Of a DNA stretch of 64,000 bases, positions 9,984 through 20,852 are shown one piece after another. A program made the translations under genes and the position numbers. Source of the DNA: an uncultured cyanobacterium (GTDB taxonomy: Bacteria; Cyanobacteriota; Cyanobacteriia; Cyanobacteriales; CAWCAG01); the NCBI GenBank assembly GCA_963803805.1, contig CAWDOD010000002.1, positions 1,344,001 through 1,408,000 on the forward strand. The letters are read 5' to 3'. The notes under the pieces are model-generated. The model searched no databases. It was not told the DNA's origin and saw nothing but the letters and a program-made list of their open reading frames with translations. Every line of letters starts with the position of its first letter. Position 1 is the first letter of the stretch.

Positions 9984-11267
9984 ATGATGAAACTAATCAT
10001 TCCCATAGAATATTATCGCCATGGTGGAGTAGAAAGGGTTATTGTTTCTCTAATTGAAGAAATTAGCCAGCAAGTTGAGCAAACAATCGTTATTCTTCCT
10101 CCCAGCAAGATTGCTTATTTCCAAGGGTTACTACCTGAAAGTCAGGCTATCATTTACGAATCATTTAGTTGGGCTACCGACTCTTTTGCTAATCGGTTCC
10201 TTTCTTTTTTAAATAGAGTTTTATCTTTAACTAGAAAGCTAAAATTAAAGTCTTTAGAAGCCATAATAAACAAGCAAATTAAGCACATTCGTTCTCTAGG
10301 AAGAATTAAATACTTAGTTAAACAATATGAAGCAACTCACTGCTTATACTGTCTGACTAATCGCCTAAACCCTCCTAACTTTAAGATTACCTTGGGGATG
10401 ATTTCTCATGATGTTTTTTGGCGTTTTGCTCCCCTTACTTACCCGGACGACTATATTAAAGAGTATGACGAAAGTTTAGTAACTTGGTTGGAAAAAGTAG
10501 ATGTAGTTTTCGCTGTCTCGGACAAAACGAGAAACGATATTATCTCTTTCTTGCCAAGATTTGCTCATAAAATCAAAACAGTTCCTAATTCAGGATTTAT
10601 TGTCGGGGAAAAAGAACGAAATAATTCTTTTGAGAAAGTTGAATCTCAAGGAATAACTTCCTTTTACTTCCCTTCTTCTTTTGGTATTTATAAAGACCAA
10701 CTTACTCTTTTGCAAGCAGGTATAAAGTTAGGGAAAAAAGGTCTTAAATTCAAAATTATTTTTACAGGCAAAGAAACTGATAATTTGGTTAAAGGCAACT
10801 TAAGCTTATCTCAACAATCTCAAACTCAAGAGTATATTGATTATCTACAAAAATGCCAACAAATTTACCAAGAAAATCAACAATTGATGGCAGATTATTT
10901 TGTTGGCTTAGGATATTGTGATGAAGAAGTTGTTGAAGATTGTTACCGAAATAGTTCTTGTGTGGTAGTTCCTTCACAATATGAAGGTTTTGGTTTAGCT
11001 GTTTCTGAAGCAATTGTCAGGGGAATGCCAGTTATTTGTTCTGATTTAGATGTTTTTCACGAACAAGTAGATTTGTATAAATGTAGCGATCGCCTTGAGT
11101 TTTTCCCATTAGGAGATGCTGATGCTTTAGCAACTTGTTTAGAACAGTTTATTCTATCTCCTAAAGCCAAGTTATCTATCGCCGAAATTGAGCAACGATT
11201 TAAACATTGGACTTGGAAGGAAGTAGCCCAAGAATATGTAAGATTATTTAAAGCTGCATCAGATTAA
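9984..11267 (+). CDS. Glycosyltransferase family 4
   Basis: GGVERV, AVS..T..DI and PSQYEGFGLAVSEA..G.PVICSD. Confidence 0.9.
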   Translation: MMKLIIPIEYYRHGGVERVIVSLIEEISQQVEQTIVILPPSKIAYFQGLLPESQAIIYESFSWATDSFANRFLSFLNRVLSLTRKLKLKSLEAIINKQIKHIRSLGRIKYLVKQYEATHCLYCLTNRLNPPNFKITLGMISHDVFWRFAPLTYPDDYIKEYDESLVTWLEKVDVVFAVSDKTRNDIISFLPRFAHKIKTVPNSGFIVGEKERNNSFEKVESQGITSFYFPSSFGIYKDQLTLLQAGIKLGKKGLKFKIIFTGKETDNLVKGNLSLSQQSQTQEYIDYLQKCQQIYQENQQLMADYFVGLGYCDEEVVEDCYRNSSCVVVPSQYEGFGLAVSEAIVRGMPVICSDLDVFHEQVDLYKCSDRLEFFPLGDADALATCLEQFILSPKAKLSIAEIEQRFKHWTWKEVAQEYVRLFKAASD

Positions 11268-11288
11268 TAGACATTTGGTAGAAAAGAG

Positions 11289-11352
11289 AGAATAGGGAAT
11301 AGGGAATGGTATATTCTTAACTTAATTACTTATTACTTATTACTTATTACTT
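11289..11352 (+). repeat. Short tandem heptamer repeats (AATAGGG; TTATTAC) between the GT4 gene and narM
   Basis: gaatagggaatagggaat and ttacttattacttattacttattactt are directly visible. Confidence 0.75.
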
Positions 11353-11354
11353 CC

Positions 11355-11813
11355 ATGAGTAACCCTAATTTCTTTAAATTTGAAGCAGACTTTGTGGATT
11401 CTATGCGTTGCATCCCGATGATAGTCAGGATGAAATTAGATACTTGCGGTGTCAAACTCAAATTAACCCACTGGCATCAATTTAATGAGGAAGAACATCA
11501 AATTTTAGTTGCTTTACCTTGTACCACTCCCCAAGAAATTGAAGCTTACCGGATATATTTGCAAAACAAAGTTAGTGAAAAAAATGGTACTCCAGCTAAA
11601 GAGTTAGCCATAAACCCTCATCCTTCCTGGCTGAACAATCAAGAAATTCCTTCAGATATTCAAGAAAAAGCCCAAGAATGGCATCTAAATATTAAGCAAG
11701 AACAATGGCAAAACCTTAATCCTTTACAGCGTTTCGCCCTCATAAAATTAAGTCGCCCTAGCCACGAAAACAAGAATTTTTATGCAGCGTTACAGGAGTT
11801 TGGTTTAATTTGA
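11355..11813 (+). CDS. narM: Nitrate reductase-associated protein
   Basis: FEADFVDSMRCIPM.VR.KLD.CG.KLKL.HW and QRFAL.KL.RPSHEN.NF motifs. Confidence 0.85.
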   Translation: MSNPNFFKFEADFVDSMRCIPMIVRMKLDTCGVKLKLTHWHQFNEEEHQILVALPCTTPQEIEAYRIYLQNKVSEKNGTPAKELAINPHPSWLNNQEIPSDIQEKAQEWHLNIKQEQWQNLNPLQRFALIKLSRPSHENKNFYAALQEFGLI

Positions 11814-11972
11814 GGAATATAGGGAAAGAGGTGAGATGAGGTAACTAATTACTGAAATTGCGAACAATCAAGTTCGGTTTTACTATTTTAAAACAAGGAT
11901 CTTCGGGCTAATATCATATATGTAATAACAAAAAATTTTAATCTTGCTAGCTATAAAAAGGGGCAATCCACC

Positions 11973-13520
11973 GTGAAGAAATGGCTACTACAAACCCTAA
12001 GTGAAGTTTTAGAACAAAGTGAACCAACTATTGCTTGCTCAAATGTAAAGCAAAAAGGTAGCCCTCAAAGTTCCTCTGATGAAGTAGATGCAGCGCAACA
12101 GAAAGCTGAGGGAGAGTGGAGTGGTGCGATCGCAGCTTTGGAAACTATACTTCTCCAATGCTTTGCTAGCAGCCAATTAAAGCCTAAAGAGCCTCAAGGC
12201 ATAATTCTATCAGGACCAGCACCTGTTTTAACTCAAGAAGCAATTATTTCCCAAATTTATCGGGGTATTTTTACACCAGAAGCAGTTAAGTCTTTAAACT
12301 TAATGCCTTTTCGCTTGCCAGGATCTGGTAAAAAGAACGAAGAAAAAGCGATTCATTCAGTAGCAGAGTTTCCTTTATTATCTATTGATCCCCTTGCCTC
12401 AGAACAGTTTTGCTTAGTTTGTAGTGCCAATTTTGCTCTGGTGATGGTTTTAGGAGAAGATAGTTTTGGTACAACAAGATTCCAATTTTCCTTTGAACCA
12501 GAAGTGGTAAGAAAAGCTTGGCAAATATTGAGGGCAAGATTGCTTTTTGCTAACTTCCAAAAGTTAACTTATCTTGATAGCTTGTTTGAGCATTTTTCAC
12601 CTATACCGCCAGACTATCGTACGGTGATGCAATTCAGCCGTGAGATTCTTAAAAATTTACCAGATATTGTATCTGGAGAAACTGAACGTCAGAAAGAAAG
12701 AACAATCCAGACAAATCAACAGGCAAAAACTTCTGAATTAATTAACCTTCGTAAATACAAAACAGAAGTTCAAGACAAAAGGGGTAACATTACTCCAGAA
12801 TTAGAGTTATTACAAGCCCTTACCCACGAAATTCGCACTCCTCTAACCACCATTCGTACTATGACAAAGCTGCTGTTAAAAAAGCGTAAGCAGTTCTCAG
12901 CAGATGTTATCAAACGTTTAGAAGTTATTGATCAAGAATGTACCGAACAAATTGATCGCATGGAGTTGATTTTTCGAGCAGCAGAGATGGAAACTACCTC
13001 TGTTAACTCCCAAGAAGTTCGATTAACTACTATTTATTTAGATCAAGTTTTCCAACAAAGTATTCCCCGTTGGCAAAAGCAAGCTCAAAGGCGTAAAGTT
13101 AATCTTGAGTTTATATTACCTGAAAAGCTGCCCAAGGTTGTTAGTGATCCTGGAATGTTGGATCGGGTTTTAACAGGCTTAATGGAAAATTTCACCCGTA
13201 GTTTGCCCACGGGGGGAGAAATTCAAGTTCAAGTAACCACAGCAGGAAATCAACTTAAGTTGCAATTTCTCTCTCAATGTCACTATCAAACTGATAGTCT
13301 GAAATCTTTGGGGCAATTGCTGATGTTTCAACCAGAAACAGGAAGTTTGAGTTTAAACTTAAATGTAACTAAAAATCTTTTCCATGCCCTTGGAGGCAAG
13401 TTGATTGTACGTCAACGCCCTCAACAAGGAGAAGTATTTACTGTGTTCTTACCCCTTAGTAGCCCACCTGGAGAAGGAGATTGGGGGAATGATTGGCAAA
13501 ATATTCAGTATCAAGTTTGA
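11973..13520 (+). CDS. Sensor histidine kinase (cyanobacterial Hik34-like, degenerate ATPase domain)
   Basis: H-box LTHEIRTPLTTIRT, DP.ML..VL and FTVFLP; no TM segment; canonical DxGxG box not seen. Confidence 0.8.
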   Translation: MKKWLLQTLSEVLEQSEPTIACSNVKQKGSPQSSSDEVDAAQQKAEGEWSGAIAALETILLQCFASSQLKPKEPQGIILSGPAPVLTQEAIISQIYRGIFTPEAVKSLNLMPFRLPGSGKKNEEKAIHSVAEFPLLSIDPLASEQFCLVCSANFALVMVLGEDSFGTTRFQFSFEPEVVRKAWQILRARLLFANFQKLTYLDSLFEHFSPIPPDYRTVMQFSREILKNLPDIVSGETERQKERTIQTNQQAKTSELINLRKYKTEVQDKRGNITPELELLQALTHEIRTPLTTIRTMTKLLLKKRKQFSADVIKRLEVIDQECTEQIDRMELIFRAAEMETTSVNSQEVRLTTIYLDQVFQQSIPRWQKQAQRRKVNLEFILPEKLPKVVSDPGMLDRVLTGLMENFTRSLPTGGEIQVQVTTAGNQLKLQFLSQCHYQTDSLKSLGQLLMFQPETGSLSLNLNVTKNLFHALGGKLIVRQRPQQGEVFTVFLPLSSPPGEGDWGNDWQNIQYQV

Positions 13521-13644
13521 GTCATTTATCCTTGAGCATCAAATATTTATCGTTGGTTATTAGTAATGAACGGTAAGTCATTGAACTCTCTTTCTTTCCT
13601 AGTCTTCCTGTCAATTTTAATAAGTAAACTAAATGCCTGATAGC

Positions 13645-15174
13645 TTATTGCTTTTCTGGGTATTCTACTATATATAAATAATAGTTTTCGTTGTAAATTA
13701 GACTATTAGTAAAAGCGGTTAGAGGTTGGAGGGAAAGGTTATTAGTTACTGACTCCTCTAGGGGGTAGTTTAAAATTAAGAGTATGTCTGTTTGTTTCTC
13801 CGTAAGCAACCTATCTACTTGATTTAAAACTGTGGCTAAATCAACTTCTTGCCTTTGGCTATTAAATAAAACAAAGCTACCCATTTCTTGGCTTTCAGGA
13901 TAGTATATTTTCCTCTGTAAGTAACCAGCTAGAGGAGACATGGCAAAGTCTTGGCTGCCAACTATAAACATCTCAGCTAAGTTTTCTTTTTGGATGAAGT
14001 TGGCAGTTTCTCTACTCGCAGAATAGGGAACAAATAAGTCACGGCTGTAGGCGACTAATCCAGCAATTAACTGGGAGAATAGTATTGTTATTAGTAAGTA
14101 CTTTTTATATTTTTTGGTGAATTTAACCAAAGAAGGAAAAAATATTTTTGGTATAAGGGAGTTAGAAGCGGGATAATAACTAGCTAGCCACAAAGCAGCA
14201 ATGAAGATGATGTATAAATGTCCATAGTGCCGAGGTGAACCTAAAAATTTTACGTAGGTGAAGAAGATAATTTCTGCTGTAGCTATTAAGTAAAATAAAG
14301 CAACAACTGGCTTATTGATTAAACTAATAAAAATAAAGGTAGCTATAAAAATGGAAATAAGAGCGAATAAAGATAAGGAATAAAACTGGGAGTCTCCGGG
14401 AACTAAAATGAGAATATAACTACTCCATAATCGACTTATTGATGCAGCTAGATGGTGTAAGTTAAACTGAAAATTTAATTGCATTCCTCCCTGCAAATTA
14501 CTATCTGTAGGAGGAAGAAGTTGTAAGAAAGAAACTATAACTCCCGTGAGAAATATTCCTAAGCTAGTTAGTTTATTAATAGTGGTGGCGCGGGTATAAT
14601 AAGAAATTTTTCTTTGCCATAAATATTCTGCTATTAAACTTACTCCTAACGCTATGGCAATGAAGAGACAATAGGCATTACAGTTAGCCATTAATAGGAG
14701 CAAAAAAGCTAAGGGCAAGTAACTTTTAGTTCTGGTTTGATAAACTGTACAAAAAGCAAAAATACACAATATTCCTATGGCATAATTGCGATTAATAACT
14801 AAATATTCATAAAGGGGAAAGTAACCTAGGGTAAATAAAAACTTTTGTCGAGGAGTGAAAGGAGAAAACTTGAGGAAAAGAGTGATGGCAGCAGTTGCTA
14901 AAAGCAAATGAAAAAGCTGCATGATTAAAGGATTATAGGTGACTTGCTTTAAGATGAATAAGCAAAAATACCATAAGCCAGGATGTCCTTCATATCTAAT
15001 GTTTTGGAACATTTCTACTAAAGAGTTACTATCTCTAGCTACTAACCAAGCATTAAGTTCATCACGCCACATAGAATGTCGTATAATGCCGATTAAACCT
15101 AAACAAATGTAGGTAGGAATTAAGAGCAAAGGAAGAGATTTAGGTGAGAAATTCAACGTTTTACTTATATTCAT
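13645..15174 (-). CDS. Polytopic membrane protein, possibly a GT-C-type glycosyltransferase
   Basis: Many TM helices; WRDE and YEGHP motifs in the first loop. Confidence 0.6.
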   Translation of the reverse strand: MNISKTLNFSPKSLPLLLIPTYICLGLIGIIRHSMWRDELNAWLVARDSNSLVEMFQNIRYEGHPGLWYFCLFILKQVTYNPLIMQLFHLLLATAAITLFLKFSPFTPRQKFLFTLGYFPLYEYLVINRNYAIGILCIFAFCTVYQTRTKSYLPLAFLLLLMANCNAYCLFIAIALGVSLIAEYLWQRKISYYTRATTINKLTSLGIFLTGVIVSFLQLLPPTDSNLQGGMQLNFQFNLHHLAASISRLWSSYILILVPGDSQFYSLSLFALISIFIATFIFISLINKPVVALFYLIATAEIIFFTYVKFLGSPRHYGHLYIIFIAALWLASYYPASNSLIPKIFFPSLVKFTKKYKKYLLITILFSQLIAGLVAYSRDLFVPYSASRETANFIQKENLAEMFIVGSQDFAMSPLAGYLQRKIYYPESQEMGSFVLFNSQRQEVDLATVLNQVDRLLTEKQTDILLILNYPLEESVTNNLSLQPLTAFTNSLIYNENYYLYIVEYPEKQ

Positions 15175-15181
15175 AGATTAA

Positions 15182-15222
15182 TTGCTAGTTGCTAGTTGTT
15201 AGTTGTTAGTTGCTAATTGTTG
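15182..15222. repeat. Heptamer tandem repeat (TAGTTGC/TAGTTGT)
   Basis: ttgctagttgctagttgttagttgttagttgctaattgtt, just upstream of the minus-strand start at 15174. Confidence 0.8.
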
Positions 15223-15361
15223 TTGATAGAAAATAGTATTATTACTCTACCTCCCAATCTCCCCATCTCTCTGCCTCCCTACTGTTATTTTCTCCGGAAT
15301 GGTAAAATTGTTTGTGGCAAGATGGGAAATAGAGACAGAAGAAAACTCTGATGCCCTTGCT

Positions 15362-16452
15362 ATGAAACTTAACCTTCGCTTCCCGTCGCCTCAGCAAGTT
15401 AGTGTTGAATTTGAACAAGAAACCGAAGCCCTTGAATTTGCTTTACCTTGGGAATTGCTGCGAGATCCTGAAGGTACTTATCTTTGTCATGAAAATCCCC
15501 GCATTTCTATTCGTCGCCGCTTTGCCAAGACAGGGGGAGGGCGCAAACCCTTTAAGGTTAAGGCGAAGGAGAAACTGCGCTTACTTTATATTATCAGTCG
15601 CCCCAAAGATGCGGGTTTTATTGACCCCAGGGGAGAATCTCAAGGGGGTTTTTGAGGCGATCGCACAAGAAGCCGGAATAGTAGAAGTGGAGTTTCTGCG
15701 CCCTCCTACCCTTAGCCAATTAGTTGAACGCCTAGAAAATCGACACTTACCAGCAATTGATCTGATTCATTTTGATGGGCATGGGGTTTTTGAGGCTGAT
15801 GGTGCTTTTGCTGCTAAGAGTAATCATCCCGATGCAGCTACGAAAAAAGCCGGGGGAGAGATGGGTTATCTCGTCTTTGAAAAGTCCTCTGGGGAAAAGG
15901 ATTTAGTCAGTGCCGAAAAGTTGGGAGATATGCTGCATCGCCAGAAAATTAGCGCCATCATTCTCTCCGCTTGCCAGTCTGCACAAATGGGCGAGGAACC
16001 CATGGGAAGTGTGGCAGCAAGGTTAACCCCACACAGGCATTCCTACGGTGTTAGCTATGACTCATTCGGTTTTGGTGAGAACGGCAAGGCAGCTTTTTCA
16101 GGAGTTTTACCGCCATTTAATGCGGGGAGAAGGCATCGGGGAAGCATTGGATAATGCCCGTCGCAACTTGTATATGAATCAGGATCGGGGGGAAAGGCAA
16201 CGGGACAAGGAAAGAATCACCTTGCAAGTGCAGGATTGGTTTTTGCCAGCCCTTTATCAGTCAGGTAATGATACACCTTTGTTGCAAGCAAAGGAAGTTG
16301 TGGAGGAGGAAGAAAAAACTATTCCCCATAATTTGCCGGAGGTGCAAGAAGCGGGATTTTGGGGCAGGAGTAAGGAACTGTGGGAGATTGAAACCGCCTT
16401 TGTGCGGGGAACAAGGCGCATTACTATTAATGGTTTTGGGGGATAGGGAAAA
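15362..16452 (+). pseudogene. Disrupted CHAT (caspase-like) protease gene with the start of a P-loop NTPase domain
   Basis: LPWELL, HFDGHG and LSACQS are spread over three frames. Frameshifts near G5 (15644-15648) and C4 (16027-16030). Walker A reads GFGG*GK with TAG at 16444-16446, then the gene is truncated. Confidence 0.85.
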
Positions 16453-16770
16453 ATAAAACAGGACATTCAAGAGCATATTGAATGGCTAGAAAAACGACTC
16501 GAACAAATTAAACAACAACAAAAGCTTATTGAAGAAAAGTCAGAGTTGACAGAAAAAGTTGAACAACTCAAAGCTGTACCTGGAATTGGAGAGGTTACTG
16601 CGACTACTAAGGGTGGCTTCGTTACCTGAGTTAGGTCAACTCAGGAAAACAAATCTCTTGTTTAGTTGGGCTTGCTCCCCTCAATCGTGATAGCGGCCAG
16701 TTTCGTGGTAAACGAATGATTGTCGGAGGTAGGGCTGCGGTTCATTGTGCTTTATACATGGCAACTAAAG
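16453..16770 (+). mobile_element. IS110-family transposase remnant (C-terminal part, frameshifted)
   Basis: Hand translation: IKQDIQEHIEWLEKRL...LKAVPGIGEVTATT / ASLPELGQL / QISCLVGLAPLNRDSGQFRGKRMIVGGRAAVHCALYMAT. Confidence 0.85.
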
Positions 16771-17150
16771 TTAGTTTCTGGGTACTTACTTATTTCCCAT
16801 TGCTGACAAGTTAAACTAAAATGCAATCTGTCAAGTTCTATTTAACAAATATTTTTGAAGCTCTCAATCAATTGCTGTTATTGACATTGAGGCTTTTGCT
16901 TCCTTGTCCAAGTTTTGTGAAAAAGCTTTTTGTCTTTGTTTGATTATTTTGTGATCGCGTCACTATAAAAATGCGATCGCAAAAGATAATGGTGGGCAAA
17001 CATCATAAGGCAATTTTGACGAACGACCTAATTATAATTTAGCCAGCACTACTGCTCGATGCCCAGTTATTCGTATTTAATTTTTAATTATTGCAAATAA
17101 GAAAACCTAGCTATATAGCCAGGTTTAGAAGTAACGAGTAAAACTTGGTG

Positions 17151-18002
17151 TTAGGACAAAGAGTTAACTAAATTCTTGTAGCTAGGGCCATCTAAACCAA
17201 CACCTTGATAAGCTGCCCCTGAAGGGATCATTTGCTCCAGTCTTGTTACCCGTTCCCCTGTATGGGGGTGAGTGCTTAAAAATTCTGGGGGAGAACCACC
17301 GCTTTTTTGTTGTAGTTTTTTCATAAAAGTTACAGCGCCAATGGGTGCATAACCTGTTTGTATTAAACTATCTAAACCTAACTCATCGGCTTCTAATTCA
17401 TCGGAGCGACTATTAGGCAAACTTAAAGCAAGCTGTACCCCAATTTGAACAGCTTGGGAACGGTCTAGTCCCGCCGCAGAAAGGATGCCTTGTTGAATAG
17501 CTGACTCTTTCATCTGATTAACTGCATGACGAGCAGTCACATGGGCAATTTCGTGGGCCATAACACTGGCTAACTCTGCTTCATTGTCCGCAGCATTAAT
17601 TAAGCCTGTGTGTATATAACAAAATCCACCCATGGTCGCAAAGGCATTAATACTTTTATCTTGAACTACCTGGAAAGTATAAGGGATATCAGGACGAGTG
17701 CTATTTGCTGCTAAATTTTGACCAATTTCATTAATATAGCTAGTTAACTGCTGGTTGCGAGAAATAGGGACTTGGCGACTAATTTGCTGGTTAATCCGCT
17801 TGCCTAAGTCAACTTCTTGGTTATCTGATATATTTGAGAGCTGAATAATTTGAATGCCCCGCAGGAGTAGCTCCAACCAAGAAGCCGAATAACCGGGTTT
17901 TGGGGTTGCTACAGAAAAACTGAATGCGGCAATTACGGCAACAAGCCCATATAACCAACGGCGACGAGAACGCCAAAAAGGAGAGAAAATTTGCTCTAAC
18001 AT
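17151..18002 (-). CDS. M48 family Zn metallopeptidase
   Basis: INAFATMGG, HEIAH, ELEAD and FLSTHP; ATG at 18002 preferred, followed by a signal peptide. Confidence 0.92.
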   Translation of the reverse strand: MLEQIFSPFWRSRRRWLYGLVAVIAAFSFSVATPKPGYSASWLELLLRGIQIIQLSNISDNQEVDLGKRINQQISRQVPISRNQQLTSYINEIGQNLAANSTRPDIPYTFQVVQDKSINAFATMGGFCYIHTGLINAADNEAELASVMAHEIAHVTARHAVNQMKESAIQQGILSAAGLDRSQAVQIGVQLALSLPNSRSDELEADELGLDSLIQTGYAPIGAVTFMKKLQQKSGGSPPEFLSTHPHTGERVTRLEQMIPSGAAYQGVGLDGPSYKNLVNSLS

Positions 18003-18279
18003 TGCTGAATTGAAGTGAGTGAGGAATAAGACAGGAAATAGCCCTAGAGCTACTTGACGAGATGGCAAAGCTAAAAGTTGCTTAGAAGTTTCAGCTTTAA
18101 ATACAAAAAATAACTTAAAACTTACTGAAGGGGGAATTACTGAATTTAAGTATATCTATTTTTTCTTATCTAGGGCTATGCTCTAAATAATTCCTGGAGC
18201 AATCAAATAAAACAGAACATTGATTAATGATCAACGATCAATGATCATTGATCATTGACCACTGCGTTATTGGCAAGCT

Positions 18280-18813
18280 ATGAAGATTCTAGATTCTCAA
18301 GGCCGTCTGTTTGGCAAAATCAGCGTTATAGATTTAGGAGCTGCTTTAGTTATTCTTTTAGTTATTATTGGTATATTTTTCTTTCCAGGAACTTCAGGTT
18401 CGGTGGCACAAGTTACTAAAACTCAGCCAGTAGAAGTTGATGTTATTGTAAGAGGACTAAGTGTTGCTAAACCTGAAGACCTCATCCAGCAATTTAGTGA
18501 AGAGAAAACAACCAAACTGGTTATTCGCAACCAACCCTACGATGACCCTGTTGAGATTAAATCGGTTGAAGAACTAGATAGGTTAGTTATTGTGCCTCAA
18601 CCAGATGGTTCTGTGAAAGCACTACCTGATCCTCGTCAACAAGAAGATGCTCTTAATGTTGATTTATTGATGACCTTGGGCGGCAAAGCACAAATTACTA
18701 AAACAGGAGTAGTCTTAGGTCCAAACAAAATTAAAATTGGCACACCTGTAGAACTAGAAGGTAAGAATTATAACTTTAACGCTAGTGTTATTGATGTGAG
18801 GGTAGAAGAATAA
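18280..18813 (+). CDS. DUF4330-type membrane-anchored protein
   Basis: ILDSQGRLFGKIS.ID N-terminus, TM helix, IRNQP and QPDG motifs. Confidence 0.75.
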   Translation: MKILDSQGRLFGKISVIDLGAALVILLVIIGIFFFPGTSGSVAQVTKTQPVEVDVIVRGLSVAKPEDLIQQFSEEKTTKLVIRNQPYDDPVEIKSVEELDRLVIVPQPDGSVKALPDPRQQEDALNVDLLMTLGGKAQITKTGVVLGPNKIKIGTPVELEGKNYNFNASVIDVRVEE

Positions 18814-19164
18814 AACAATCGACTTCGTAAATCACAATTTTGTTGAGTAGACAAAACAACACTTCTGTTGCTTTGTCTAAACTAAGGGGCATTTTTTAAG
18901 AATTTGTAGGTTTATTCAGTTTCCTAGTACGGCAAGTCCGTACTTTTTTTGTTGGTATAAAAAAGCTTTCTAGATACTGGTGATAACTAGAATAAATGCC
19001 CTAGTCACTTTTCTCTGACAAAAGTTTATTTATTCTCACTCTAATTTAATTGTCATAGCTATTAACCCTTGTCTGGGAAATAAAAGCGACAAATAAATTA
19101 AGAGACATTTGTTAATGTAGTGAGGGGTCTAACCCCTCTTTAAGCAAAATCTTTTTGCTTTTCT

Positions 19165-19806
19165 TTGGTCAAACGACCAATTAAAGCTGAATTAACTAGA
19201 GGGGAAAATTATCCGGTGTATAACCAATCTACTTTACAACATCGAAGCTCTGGGGAGGTTTTGAGTGACCAGAACATGAGTACTAATTTATCCTTCTTAC
19301 AACTAAGGAAAAAGAACCAGAAAGTATTTAATCAAAATGCTTTTAATAAGGGTGCGAATCTGGCCATGATTAAAACCAAAGAAATTAAGCTTGATCTTAG
19401 GAAACTCAAATGTTTTGAAATTGTAGACAATCAGTTTGCCCATTTAGGTCTAACTTGTGACAATGCGATCGCGATTCAAGCCTCCAACCCAGCTTTTCCG
19501 CCTCGTCAAGGGCAAATTTCCTTAATTAAACAAATCATTAGCCGTCCCCTAGAGTTGAAATTTGAGCAACCCATTAGCTTCTTTAACTGTCATGTAACTA
19601 GCTCTCGCAAAGCAGTCCTTTCTGCCTACGACAACCAGGGAGTATTAATCTCACGCTCAGAAATTCCCCAATCTAATTTAGCTGGTTCTAGTTCCCAAAT
19701 TGCGGCTAATGCCCCTCTAGAAGTGAAAGCTAGCAATATTTCTCGAATTGCCATTGATGCTTTTGACGGTCAATTAACGATCACAGACTTAAGTTTTGCT
19801 TTCTAA
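19165..19806 (+). CDS. Hypothetical protein (start uncertain, probably downstream)
   Basis: Long ORF; C-terminal half looks globular (NAIAIQASNPAFPP, NLAGS, GQLTITDLSF). Confidence 0.65.
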   Translation: MVKRPIKAELTRGENYPVYNQSTLQHRSSGEVLSDQNMSTNLSFLQLRKKNQKVFNQNAFNKGANLAMIKTKEIKLDLRKLKCFEIVDNQFAHLGLTCDNAIAIQASNPAFPPRQGQISLIKQIISRPLELKFEQPISFFNCHVTSSRKAVLSAYDNQGVLISRSEIPQSNLAGSSSQIAANAPLEVKASNISRIAIDAFDGQLTITDLSFAF

Positions 19807-19900
19807 AGTGCGAAAATTGTTTTATATTTTCAACAGACAGGAACTGCGTAATTCTCAATTGAATTATCATTAACTACCGCAATTACTTCAGGAAACCTTC

Positions 19901-20701
19901 GTGACACAGCAGTCGTTCTGGTGGAAGCAACTCAATAAATTCGTCGTTCATAATTCCATTCCCAAATTGCAGCAAGGTCAACCCCCCAAAAGAGAAGAAC
20001 AAATCTTATCATCATTTTTTCTCAATCAGTTTCAGGGAGGAAGGGGCTGGTTATTATTTTTGTTGGCTATCGTAGCGATGCTGTTCTGGAATTGGAAACT
20101 GCTCCTAGCTACTGGTACTGGGGTAGGAGTAATGCTAGGTATTTATCTGTTCCAAGGGCAAAACTGGCACATCTATTGGTTAAAATTGACGCAGTTTTTG
20201 AGTGGTACTAATCGCTCCTTTACCCTAGCTGTTACTAGCGGGGGGATGGCAGCATTATGCACCTACATGGCTGCTTCTATTTGGGTTGATTCCCCAAACC
20301 ACTGGCTAGCCACAGGAGTTATTATTCAAGGTTTGGGTATCCTTCTCACTCTTGTACTTTTAGTTTGGCAAATTCTCACTCGTTACCAGGACACTGAAGA
20401 AAGTCGCTACGACAGAATCTTAAATAATTTGACTCAGCCTGATTCTCTCCAGCGCTTAATTGCTGTACGCAAACTAGCTCGTTTAGTAAAAAATCCTCGG
20501 TTTCATCAAGTTTATGGGCCTCAAGTTGCCGAATATTTCCGCTTTATGCTGGCCAAAGAAAGCGAGGAAGTAATTCGTGAAGCTATTCTAGACAGTTTAC
20601 AAATTTGGGACAATAAACAAGTATTAGAAAAAGGCCGCCAACCGTTACAAATGCCAATCAAGCTTAAACGTACTTCGGCAAGGGTAAACAGGCGAATCTA
20701 G
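19901..20701 (+). CDS. Hypothetical membrane protein with a HEAT-like C-terminal helical region
   Basis: Several TM helices followed by LT.PD.L.RLIAVR and E.E.VIREA.L. Confidence 0.7.
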   Translation: MTQQSFWWKQLNKFVVHNSIPKLQQGQPPKREEQILSSFFLNQFQGGRGWLLFLLAIVAMLFWNWKLLLATGTGVGVMLGIYLFQGQNWHIYWLKLTQFLSGTNRSFTLAVTSGGMAALCTYMAASIWVDSPNHWLATGVIIQGLGILLTLVLLVWQILTRYQDTEESRYDRILNNLTQPDSLQRLIAVRKLARLVKNPRFHQVYGPQVAEYFRFMLAKESEEVIREAILDSLQIWDNKQVLEKGRQPLQMPIKLKRTSARVNRRI

Positions 20702-20852
20702 ACTAAGAGAACTCCAACAAATAAAATATCCTCACCAAGTATAAGATTTTAGCAATTAGCGACTAGCGACTAGCCATTAGCTTATCGCTTTTGGATAAGT
20801 CTTTTCTTGGCTCTCTCTAAGTATCAATGAACGGCAAACTGAAAATACTTAG

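Noticed and set aside
16453-17100. Intact IS110 element with bridge RNA
   Set aside because: Only a frameshifted internal fragment remains. The RuvC-like N-terminus and element ends are missing, and no bridge-RNA structure could be supported.
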